Below are positions 8,643 through 15,680 of a stretch of 36,986 nt of DNA, piece by piece. The position numbers were made by a program, and so were the translations under genes. Source of the DNA: a virus (lineage: Duplodnaviria; Heunggongvirae; Uroviricota; Caudoviricetes). The stretch lies in the IMG/VR virus record IMGVR_UViG_2671180460_000002; one strand, given 5' to 3'. Numbering within the stretch: position 1 is the stretch's first letter; every line of letters begins with the position of its first letter. The notes under the pieces were generated by a model that was not told the DNA's origin, did not search any database, and saw only the letters and a list, made by a program, of their open reading frames with translations.

Positions 8643-8869
8643 ATATTGAATTTTATAACTATGGGACTAAAGCAAAAATCATTGTTACCTGCTGGCTCTG
8701 GGAGTTTCGCCGCTATAACCGGGTTGTGGATGCGGCGCTGTTTGCGGCCCCTGAAGTGCACCATCAGAGCGGTGGCGGTCTTTTAATGAGAACCGTCATC
8801 TACGGTAAGACGGTCCCGATGTTACGGGCGTTTAAAGTGGCAAAACAGGAGGCTGGCAATGGTCATTGA
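8639..8869 (+). CDS. hypothetical protein
   Basis: ATG at 8639 preceded by AAGGAGG; overlaps the previous stop. Confidence 0.4.
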   Translation: MNIEFYNYGTKAKIIVTCWLWEFRRYNRVVDAALFAAPEVHHQSGGGLLMRTVIYGKTVPMLRAFKVAKQEAGNGH

Positions 8870-9149
8870 TAAAACGATAACGATAGATGTAGCCATGAAT
8901 GCAGGCATCGCTCTTCTCGGTTGGTGTTACATCATGCTCCGCGCCGGGATGTGGCTGTCCCTTGTATTCCTGAAAACATGGAATAAGCACCGTAAACAGA
9001 CGCAGCAGCAGAAGGCAATGAATGCGTTTTTTGAGGCCTTCGATATCGACAGTATAGAGCCGGGAGAACCAACCCGCGTTATCCCCGTAGGTGATGTCGT
9101 GATTTTGGTATACCGGAGTGAAAAGAATGAACAGGAGGTGGCGCAGTGA
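8859..9149 (+). CDS. hypothetical protein with one predicted membrane helix
   Basis: ATG at 8859 preceded by CAGGAGG; hydrophobic stretch AGIALLGWCYIMLRAGMWLSLVFL. Confidence 0.4.
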   Translation: MVIDKTITIDVAMNAGIALLGWCYIMLRAGMWLSLVFLKTWNKHRKQTQQQKAMNAFFEAFDIDSIEPGEPTRVIPVGDVVILVYRSEKNEQEVAQ

Positions 9150-9310
9150 ACCAGCAAACCAGAATAAGCGATAAGAGTCTGACCAGACTGATTGCTGATG
9201 CGGACAAGGTGCTGGAGCGGAACACCCCGGTTGCCGATGAGGAATGGTGGCAGGATTTCCGGGCCGCAATGCTGGAACTTCAGGAACGTCGTCGGGAGGA
9301 GTTGAAGTGA
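9146..9310 (+). CDS. hypothetical small protein (54 aa)
   Basis: GTG at 9146 overlapping the upstream TGA, AGGAGG 8 nt upstream. Not in the supplied track because it is under 60 aa. Confidence 0.3.
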   Translation: MNQQTRISDKSLTRLIADADKVLERNTPVADEEWWQDFRAAMLELQERRREELK

Positions 9311-9330
9311 GCAAGGTGAAAGAGCGCGGC

Positions 9331-10014
9331 ATGATTTTTAATGATGAGATGGTCCGGGCCATCCTCGAAGGAAGGAAGACGCAGACTCGCCGACCTGTAA
9401 AAAATGTCAGGGCCGATAACTGCCTGGTTATCCGTAAACCGACAAAGAAACGCAATGGTGTCTATACCCACGTTATGGATGCACCTGAACATGGTTTATG
9501 CCCGTTCGGTAACGTTGGTGATCGCATATGGGTCCGTGAAGCGTGGGCGATATTAGGCAATGAGGATGGTTGCAGTGTGGACTGGAACGACAACCTTTGT
9601 CGTGGCGATGAGAAGAACGCAGCAAGGATTTATCGGGCCAGTTGTGAGCAAAAACCGGGGGATTATGGCTTATGGTCGATACCCGATGATGCCGACTGGA
9701 AGCCTCACACTGTGAATGAAAAGTTTGATGGTGGGTGGCGTCAATCAATTCACATGCCGCGCTGGGCTTCGCGTATTTTGCTGGAAATTACCGACGTGCG
9801 TGTGGAACGGCTGCATGACATGAGCGAGGCAGATGCTAAAGCGGAAGGTGTATCTCCGGCAACGTACAAAATTACGCCGCCGGAAGCTGTTTATCGCGTT
9901 GGTTTTGGTGATATCTGGCGCGGTATTTACGGGCAAGAGAACTGGCTATCTAACCCGTGGGTATGGGTAATTGAGTTTAAGCGTATTCAGGAGAAAACCA
10001 GTGAGCAAGATTGA
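9331..10014 (+). CDS. hypothetical protein with ASCH-like N-terminal motif
   Basis: MIFNDEMVRAILEGRKTQTRRP...WVREAW resembles ASCH (PUA-like) domain signatures; from memory. Confidence 0.45.
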   Translation: MIFNDEMVRAILEGRKTQTRRPVKNVRADNCLVIRKPTKKRNGVYTHVMDAPEHGLCPFGNVGDRIWVREAWAILGNEDGCSVDWNDNLCRGDEKNAARIYRASCEQKPGDYGLWSIPDDADWKPHTVNEKFDGGWRQSIHMPRWASRILLEITDVRVERLHDMSEADAKAEGVSPATYKITPPEAVYRVGFGDIWRGIYGQENWLSNPWVWVIEFKRIQEKTSEQD

Positions 10015-10594
10015 CTATCAGGCACTGCGAATGGCGGCAGAAAATGCAACACCAGGCGAATGGTGTACTGATGACTACCATGGGGTAATTGCCGATGCCG
10101 GACTGAACGCAAATTACTACATAGCATCATGCTCAGGACCAGATAATCGCTCCAATAAGCGATTCATAGCCGCAGCCAATCCGGCTGCTGTGCTGGTACT
10201 GCTGGATGAACTGGAGTATTACAAATCACGCGAAGAGCGGGTTACAAAGCTGGTTATGGATAACTCGACAAGTTGGGATGCTCTTTACAAGCAGCTGGAA
10301 GCCGCAGAGAAGCGCATAGCAGAACTGGAAGCACGGGAAACAAAACCAGCCAAAGGCGAAGTTCTTGTCGTTGTATCTGGTTTTACTGGTTGCGGAAAAA
10401 GCGCCATTGCCGGGGAAATAGAAATCGCGATGAAGGCTATTGGTGTACCGGTTAAGTGGACTAATGGCGATGCAGAAAAGCGCATGACTGGCGCTGACTG
10501 GCTGACAGCAATTGAGATGTACAAACCAACTGTGCGCATCGTGGAAGTTAATGTGCCACGCGTCGCTGGCATTCGCATCAAAGGAGGTGAGTAG
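10001..10594 (+). CDS. Ead/Ea22-like protein
   Basis: ...ATPGEWCTDDYHGV...NKRFIAAANPAAVLVLLDELE resembles the conserved N-terminal region of lambdoid Ea22-family proteins. GTG at 10001 with AGGAG upstream; alternative ATG at 10031. Confidence 0.5.
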   Translation: MSKIDYQALRMAAENATPGEWCTDDYHGVIADAGLNANYYIASCSGPDNRSNKRFIAAANPAAVLVLLDELEYYKSREERVTKLVMDNSTSWDALYKQLEAAEKRIAELEARETKPAKGEVLVVVSGFTGCGKSAIAGEIEIAMKAIGVPVKWTNGDAEKRMTGADWLTAIEMYKPTVRIVEVNVPRVAGIRIKGGE

Positions 10595-10767
10595 TGCGTG
10601 TGGCATGTATCGGCTTGTTACCGTACCCGACTCGTTTTTGGGCTTCTGCGCTAATTGCAAAGCCGTATGTCCTGATGGCTGACAGCATCATCCCTGCACC
10701 GAAACGCCGTACAGGCATTGCGGCGGCGAGACGAGCAGCAAAGAAACGCAGGAGAACAAAACGATGA
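10594..10767 (+). CDS. possible small basic protein (57 aa)
   Basis: GTG at 10594 with GGAGG 7 nt upstream; stop overlaps the next ATG. Weak. Confidence 0.2.
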   Translation: MRVACIGLLPYPTRFWASALIAKPYVLMADSIIPAPKRRTGIAAARRAAKKRRRTKR

Positions 10768-10946
10768 AAAACCGTAAGGCAAAAATTCTGTTAGCTCGCA
10801 GAAACGGTGTTGGGATCTGGCGATGGTTGAGGATTAGTAACAGACGAGTGAGGTTGACGGGGTGTTGCGGGGTGATGGGGCACAGCTGTTGCAAAAAGCC
10901 CAGCGCGGCGCAAAACCGCTGGAAGAATCACACTAACGCAAAGTAA
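10764..10946 (+). CDS. possible small Cys-rich protein
   Basis: 60-aa ORF, ATG overlapping the previous stop; weak. Confidence 0.2.
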   Translation: MKNRKAKILLARRNGVGIWRWLRISNRRVRLTGCCGVMGHSCCKKPSAAQNRWKNHTNAK

Positions 10947-10966
10947 TTAAATAATAACCAATAACA

Positions 10967-11010
10967 GACCAAAACATATGTTTTGGTCTGCCAAAAGTAG
11001 TGTTTTGGTC
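10967..11010. promoter_or_regulatory. twin palindromes GACCAAAACATATGTTTTGGTC and GCCAAAAGTAGTGTTTTGGTC
   Basis: Perfect 22-bp palindrome at 10967-10988 immediately followed by an imperfect copy, just upstream of the ATG at 11014. Confidence 0.5.
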
Positions 11011-11013
11011 ATT

Positions 11014-11292
11014 ATGAAGATTGAACAAATCGGAATGGCAGCCTTCCGGCAACAGGCTGAAAGCGGTGGTGTGGATGAGTTCGTCGTGCAGCGGTTCGGT
11101 GGTGTGTATCACCTCTTCGCTGTGAATCGCCGCGCCGGGGTGTCCTATTTTCTACAGGAACGCCGTGGCGATTACAAGACGTGGCTGTCTCTTGACCGTG
11201 CCGCCGCGTTCCTGTCGGGGATTGGTGTTTCTCGTTTTACCGTGCGTTTTGAGGATAACAAACATGCTGAAAAAGATGATCGGAGCCATTAA
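11014..11292 (+). CDS. hypothetical protein
   Basis: ATG at 11014 after the twin palindromes; the track start at 10978 lies inside the palindrome. 3' end overlaps the GemA-like gene in another frame. Confidence 0.35.
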   Translation: MKIEQIGMAAFRQQAESGGVDEFVVQRFGGVYHLFAVNRRAGVSYFLQERRGDYKTWLSLDRAAAFLSGIGVSRFTVRFEDNKHAEKDDRSH

Positions 11293-11677
11293 AGCCGGTC
11301 AGGCGTATCTGGGGTGGGATGATGCCCTTTATCGCCAGACACTGGCTCGCCTGACCGGTAAAACCAGCACCACACGCTGCAATCTCGATGAACTGCGCAT
11401 CATCCGGGAATACATGCACGAACAGGGATTTCCGCGCAAAGCGCCCGCCGGTAAAGGTCGCCGCCCCCGTGTTGCAATGAGCAGAAAATCGGTATTATCC
11501 AAAATTGAGGCGTTGCTGGCTGATGCCGGTCGTTCCTGGGCGTATACGGAAGGACTGGCATCTCACATGTATAAGCAACATGTGATCGAATGGCTGACAG
11601 ATGATCAACTGTTCGGGGTGATGGTGGCGCTGACAAAAGACGCCAGAAAACGAGCCAGAGCAGCACGTAAACAATAA
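11264..11677 (+). CDS. GemA-like protein (DUF1018-type)
   Basis: N-terminus ...AIKAGQAYLGWDDALYRQTLARLTGKTSTTRCNLDELRIIREYMHEQGF matches the GemA/gp16 pattern; position just upstream of the Mor/C gene as in Mu. Confidence 0.55.
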   Translation: MLKKMIGAIKAGQAYLGWDDALYRQTLARLTGKTSTTRCNLDELRIIREYMHEQGFPRKAPAGKGRRPRVAMSRKSVLSKIEALLADAGRSWAYTEGLASHMYKQHVIEWLTDDQLFGVMVALTKDARKRARAARKQ

Positions 11678-11682
11678 AGAAT

Positions 11683-11710
11683 CAGCCCCTGCCTTGCAGG
11701 GGCTTTTTTG
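11683..11710 (+). terminator. intrinsic terminator ending the early operon
   Basis: AGCCCCTGC-ctt-GCAGGGGCT stem-loop followed by TTTTTTG, 6 nt after the GemA-like stop. Confidence 0.7.
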
Positions 11711-11713
11711 TGG

Positions 11714-11743
11714 TCTGTACAGGCGATCATGTATGGCTATAAT
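11714..11743 (+). promoter_or_regulatory. putative sigma70-type promoter for the Mor/C-family gene
   Basis: Consensus -10 TATAAT at 11738-11743, 30 nt upstream of the start codon; -35 is weak (TGTACA). Confidence 0.4.
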
Positions 11744-11772
11744 AACAGTAAGTTACTACCGGAGACGCCATC

Positions 11773-12240
11773 ATGCAGACCTTCAGTGAAACAGATCTTC
11801 GCGATGCGCAGGCACTACTGCCCGATTCCGTGCAGCAACTGATTAGCGTGATTGGCTTTCCCGCTCTGACCCGGTTAATTCGTTCTTTTGGTGGTGTGAC
11901 GTTAAGCGGTAAAACCGGCGCACACACCGAACGCACCGGCGGTGTCCATGCCCTGTTACATGACGTGCTGACCGAAGACGAAATCAACAAACTGATCCGC
12001 TTTCTTGGCGGTGCGCCGTTTTATATTCCCCGTTGCGATCATGCGTTACGTGCCCTGCGTAACTCCCGTTTTATGGCTGATTTACAGCAACATATAAAAG
12101 GCGGATGCTCACACCGGCAGGCGCTGGCACTGCTTTGTCCACGTTACGGAATTTCAGACCGGTACGCATGGCAACTGATACACCGACGACAAAAACAGAT
12201 TTCGCTGAAGAGCCCCACCCAGGTGGGGCTTTTTGATTAA
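11773..12240 (+). CDS. Mor/C-family transcriptional activator (late gene activator)
   Basis: Contains the Mor-family ...GGAPFYIPR... segment followed by a C-terminal HTH-like region; located after the early terminator and before the lysis and structural genes. Confidence 0.8.
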   Translation: MQTFSETDLRDAQALLPDSVQQLISVIGFPALTRLIRSFGGVTLSGKTGAHTERTGGVHALLHDVLTEDEINKLIRFLGGAPFYIPRCDHALRALRNSRFMADLQQHIKGGCSHRQALALLCPRYGISDRYAWQLIHRRQKQISLKSPTQVGLFD

Positions 12241-12265
12241 TGGGCCTCAGAAAAAGGAGACACTT

Positions 12266-12544
12266 ATGACCAACTATACGGCCCTTGCCGAGTATACGGC
12301 CTACTCAGAGCAGGCCCGGGATGCTGCCGGACGCCGCTTCGCTTATATGAAAAATCTGTCCAGCCAGCTAAACCGAATGGCCGAACAACCGGATATGATT
12401 GTTCATGAAGAAGCGTTGCAGTGTGCCATTGCTGATATTATCGCCAGTGAAAACGAGATGCGAGCCGCTCTGGAAAAAGCAAACGCCTCTGCTCCGCTTT
12501 GCAATAAACCTCTTATTACGCCGGATTCCCTTTCCCGCTTCTGA
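12266..12544 (+). CDS. hypothetical protein
   Basis: ATG at 12266 preceded by AAGGAG; 92 aa. Confidence 0.4.
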   Translation: MTNYTALAEYTAYSEQARDAAGRRFAYMKNLSSQLNRMAEQPDMIVHEEALQCAIADIIASENEMRAALEKANASAPLCNKPLITPDSLSRF

Positions 12545-12563
12545 TTTATCACCCCGCCACGGT

Positions 12564-12580
12564 GGGGTGCTGAACTCCCC
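12564..12580 (+). promoter_or_regulatory. late-promoter dyad motif copy 1 (GGGGTGCTGAACTCCCC)
   Basis: One of three copies of GTGCTGAAC-N-CCC; overlaps a second dyad CACCCC-N8-GGGGTG. Lies upstream of the lysis cassette. Confidence 0.5.
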
Positions 12581-12663
12581 CAGCAGTACCTGCCACTCCA
12601 TACCGCCTATCCTGTCCACTCAGTCTGTAAAACACGCAGGGATAACACTCACAGGAGAATTTC

Positions 12664-13056
12664 ATGTCTGAACCCATTTCAGGCAGCGGCGCGGTGGCAC
12701 TGACCATTGGCGGTGCCGGTGTGTACGGCCTTATCACCAATACCGATTTCGGTGTGGTCGTGGGCGCATTTGCCGGGGCGCTGTTTGTGGTCACCCAGCA
12801 AAAAGAAATCCCGGTCTGGCGCATGATTATCCACCTGATTATCGCGTTTGTGGTCGGCGTTCTGGGGGCCGGTGTGGCGGCGTCACTGATGCAGTGGCTG
12901 ACCCACTACAACGACAAACCCCTCGACGCGTTATGTGCGGTCGGTGTCTCGGCGCTCTCAATCAAGATTCTGACGTTTATTTATAAACAGGATATTTCAT
13001 CGCTGTTTGGCCTGTTTTCACGGCTGCGCGGCGGAGGGGGTGAAAATGGTAAGTAG
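12664..13056 (+). CDS. putative holin-like membrane protein
   Basis: 130 aa with several hydrophobic helices, AGGAG RBS; first gene of the lysis cassette. Confidence 0.45.
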   Translation: MSEPISGSGAVALTIGGAGVYGLITNTDFGVVVGAFAGALFVVTQQKEIPVWRMIIHLIIAFVVGVLGAGVAASLMQWLTHYNDKPLDALCAVGVSALSIKILTFIYKQDISSLFGLFSRLRGGGGENGK

Positions 13057-13342
13057 CGTTGCCGGCATTGTTAACGTCTGGCTGTGTGTCGCCATTGTGT
13101 TCGGGTTGTTTGTGTACCGCCGTAAAGGGGCTGTTCATAAACCTGCGGTCACCTGGGCGGCGTACTGGCTGATGCTCTGGTACGCCATCATCCCGTTCCG
13201 CTGGTTGTTTGGTACGTACACCCACTCCAGCTGGCTGGTTGTGGCGCTTAATCTGGTGTTCTGTGCGCTCATCGTGTGGGCACACGGGAATTTGTCGAAA
13301 ATCCTTTCGTTACTGAGGTATCCATATGAAATCAAAAGATGA
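13046..13342 (+). CDS. putative membrane protein (holin or antiholin candidate)
   Basis: ATG at 13046 preceded by GGAGGGGG; three hydrophobic segments; directly upstream of the endolysin. Confidence 0.45.
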   Translation: MVSSVAGIVNVWLCVAIVFGLFVYRRKGAVHKPAVTWAAYWLMLWYAIIPFRWLFGTYTHSSWLVVALNLVFCALIVWAHGNLSKILSLLRYPYEIKR

Positions 13343-13871
13343 AATCTTTGACAGCGTTCTGGGTAAAGAAGGCGGTTACGTCAATCACCCGGATGATAAA
13401 GGTGGCCCGACCAAATGGGGAATTACGGAAAAAGTCGCCCGCGCTCACGGATACCGTGGCGATATGCGCGATTTAACCCGTGAACAGGCGCTGGAAATCC
13501 TTGAGGCCGATTACTGGTACGGTCCGCGCTTTGACCAGGTCGCCGCGTTATCCTCTGATATTGCCGCAGAGCTGTGTGATACCGGCGTGAATATGGGGCC
13601 ATCCGTGGCGTCAAAAATGCTTCAGCGCTGGCTGAATGTGTTCAATCTGTGCGGGAGGATGTACCCGGATATGGACGCAGACGGACGCATCGGGCCTCGT
13701 ACTATCAGTGCATTGCGCGCATTCCTGAATTATCGCGGTCAGGACGGCGAACGGGTGATGCTGAAGGCTCTGAACTGTACACAGGGCGACCGCTATCTGA
13801 CGCTGGCAGAGAAACGCGAGGCTAACGAATCGTTTGTTTATGGCTGGCTGGAGGAGCGCGTGGCGGTATGA
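13326..13871 (+). CDS. endolysin, GH108-type lysozyme with C-terminal peptidoglycan-binding region
   Basis: N-terminal motif VLGKEGGYVNHPDDKGGPTKWGIT is the GH108 signature; GAGGT RBS. Confidence 0.85.
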   Translation: MKSKDEIFDSVLGKEGGYVNHPDDKGGPTKWGITEKVARAHGYRGDMRDLTREQALEILEADYWYGPRFDQVAALSSDIAAELCDTGVNMGPSVASKMLQRWLNVFNLCGRMYPDMDADGRIGPRTISALRAFLNYRGQDGERVMLKALNCTQGDRYLTLAEKREANESFVYGWLEERVAV

Positions 13872-14050
13872 CGCGTCAGCACTGGACCCACAGAACGCCA
13901 CGTAAAGCCGCGCGCTGTGTTCTGGCCCTGTTTCTGGTGATGTTGCTTCCGGTGGGATGCACAGACATTAACAGAGCGGGCCAGCTGTTTGACGCGGCGG
14001 CGCAGGTCTGCCGGATTATTGACGGCATCCGGCAGTGTTCACAGAACTGA
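13868..14050 (+). CDS. putative lipoprotein (possible o-spanin-like lysis component)
   Basis: ATG overlaps the endolysin stop; signal peptide with lipobox-like LLPVGC. Confidence 0.4.
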   Translation: MTRQHWTHRTPRKAARCVLALFLVMLLPVGCTDINRAGQLFDAAAQVCRIIDGIRQCSQN

Positions 14051-14071
14051 TTTTTTTAAGGTTTTGCACAA

Positions 14072-14392
14072 ATGAAACAAAAAGAAAACACTGCGATTGC
14101 TCTGACGGAAGCCGCTGTTCCCGGGCGTCCATTTAAGTTCGGACTGACGCAGGTTGTGGCTTTGCACGTCAGCGGAGAATGCGGGGAAATTAAAGCCCGT
14201 ACCCAGTATGCAGATGGTGAAAACCGTTATCTGATTTATTACCAGGACGCCCGCAAGGCAGCACAGCTGAAATGGTTTGGTGAGTCCATGCTGGAAATGA
14301 TTGAGGATATCCGCCATCCCGGAATGCCTGTATTTGCAGTCACCGAACTACCTGATGGCGCAACGGTTTCAGATACCCGGAAGGGCGTTTGA
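14072..14392 (+). CDS. hypothetical protein
   Basis: 106-aa ORF between the lysis genes and small terminase. Confidence 0.4.
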   Translation: MKQKENTAIALTEAAVPGRPFKFGLTQVVALHVSGECGEIKARTQYADGENRYLIYYQDARKAAQLKWFGESMLEMIEDIRHPGMPVFAVTELPDGATVSDTRKGV

Positions 14393-14892
14393 TGGCGTGG
14401 TCGCAGGATATCAGGGACAAAGTCCGTAACGGGTACATCTTTGACCAGCTTCCGCTGGATATCGTCGCCATGAAGTACGCCGTGCCGCACGACACCGCGC
14501 GGCGCTGGAAAACGCAGGCGATGAAGAACGGCGACGACTGGGACAAGCTGCGGGCCGCTCACGCGCTCGCCGGTGACGGGCTGGAAAGTGTCGCCCGCAC
14601 CGTGCTTATCAGTCTGGTGGTGAAGTGTCAGACGACGCTTGAACGGCTGAATCAGAACCCGGACATCCCGCCGCGGGAGTCCGTCGAACTGCTGGCGAGT
14701 CTGTCTGACAGCCTCAGTAAGGCGGTGGCCAGCAGTAAAAAAATCCTGCCGGAAACCGACCGGCTCGCCACGGCACTGGAAGTGGTGCAGCGGCTCGGCG
14801 CGTTCATCAGGGACCGTCACCCGGCGCAGTATGCCCCGTTTCTTGAGGTGCTCGAAAGCTTCGCTAAAGAGCTTGAGGATAATTTCAGTTAA
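14392..14892 (+). CDS. putative terminase small subunit (Mu gp27-like, DUF1804-type)
   Basis: ATG at 14392 overlapping the upstream TGA; HTH-like N-terminus; position upstream of the large terminase. Confidence 0.55.
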   Translation: MAWSQDIRDKVRNGYIFDQLPLDIVAMKYAVPHDTARRWKTQAMKNGDDWDKLRAAHALAGDGLESVARTVLISLVVKCQTTLERLNQNPDIPPRESVELLASLSDSLSKAVASSKKILPETDRLATALEVVQRLGAFIRDRHPAQYAPFLEVLESFAKELEDNFS

Positions 14893-14938
14893 CCACAGCG
14901 GCCCGGTTTTCCGGGCCGTCTGATATTCGGGATTTGTA

Positions 14939-15679
14939 ATGCAAAAACAGATTATTGGTAACGCAACGTTGTATTGCGGTGATGTTCTTGATGTGCTGCC
15001 GGCGTTATCTGAACGTTTTGATGCCGTCATTACCGACCCGCCTTACAGCAGTGGTGGCACACACAAATCAGACCGCAGTATGGCCCCTTCGGACAAGTAT
15101 GTCGGTCACACCCACTATGCCGAGTTCAGCGGGGATAACCGCGACCAGCGCAGCTGGGCATACTGGAGCACCCTGTGGATGTCCGGGGCTGCCCGCCTTG
15201 TGCGCCCCGGTGGTTATTTCATGGTGTTCAGTGACTGGCGACAGCTTCCCACCATGACCGACGTTTTTCAGGCCGGTGGTGTGCTGTGGCGTGGTCTGGT
15301 TGTCTGGGATAAAACGCAGGCTTCCCGTGCGCCACACACTGGCTATTTCCGGCATCAGGCCGAGTATGTGGTCTGGGGCAGCAACGGAAAACTCGACAAA
15401 TGCCCGCACGGTGGCCCGTTCCCGGGTGTGATTACGCAGCGTGTTGTCCCGTCCGCAAAACTGCACATGATCGCAAAGCCGGTTCAGCTGATGGCCGAGC
15501 TGGTTAAACCGCTGGCACCGGATGCGCACGTTCTCGATCCGTTTATGGAAAGTGGCACCACCGCCATCCCTGTACTTGCCCGTGGCGGACGGTTTACCGG
15601 CATTGAAATGACTAACCAGTATTTTGATATCGCCTGCGCACGTATCGAAAAAGCGCAGGCAGAAGCAGCGCAGGTGTGA
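14939..15679 (+). CDS. DNA methyltransferase, beta-class amino-MTase (N6-adenine or N4-cytosine)
   Basis: Motif IV DPPY (AVITDPPYSSGG) near the N-terminus and motif I (LDPFMESGTT) near the C-terminus; this order defines the beta class. No restriction partner nearby. Confidence 0.85.
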   Translation: MQKQIIGNATLYCGDVLDVLPALSERFDAVITDPPYSSGGTHKSDRSMAPSDKYVGHTHYAEFSGDNRDQRSWAYWSTLWMSGAARLVRPGGYFMVFSDWRQLPTMTDVFQAGGVLWRGLVVWDKTQASRAPHTGYFRHQAEYVVWGSNGKLDKCPHGGPFPGVITQRVVPSAKLHMIAKPVQLMAELVKPLAPDAHVLDPFMESGTTAIPVLARGGRFTGIEMTNQYFDIACARIEKAQAEAAQV

Positions 15680-15680
15680 C

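Noticed and set aside
10978-11013. Track-proposed start at 10978 for ORF 10978..11292
   Set aside because: The ATG lies in the centre of a perfect 22-bp palindrome and lacks an RBS; the ATG at 11014 is a more plausible start.
14239-15030. 263-aa ORF on the minus strand
   Set aside because: Antisense to the small terminase and methyltransferase genes; the + strand genes carry recognisable motifs (DPPY), the minus ORF does not.
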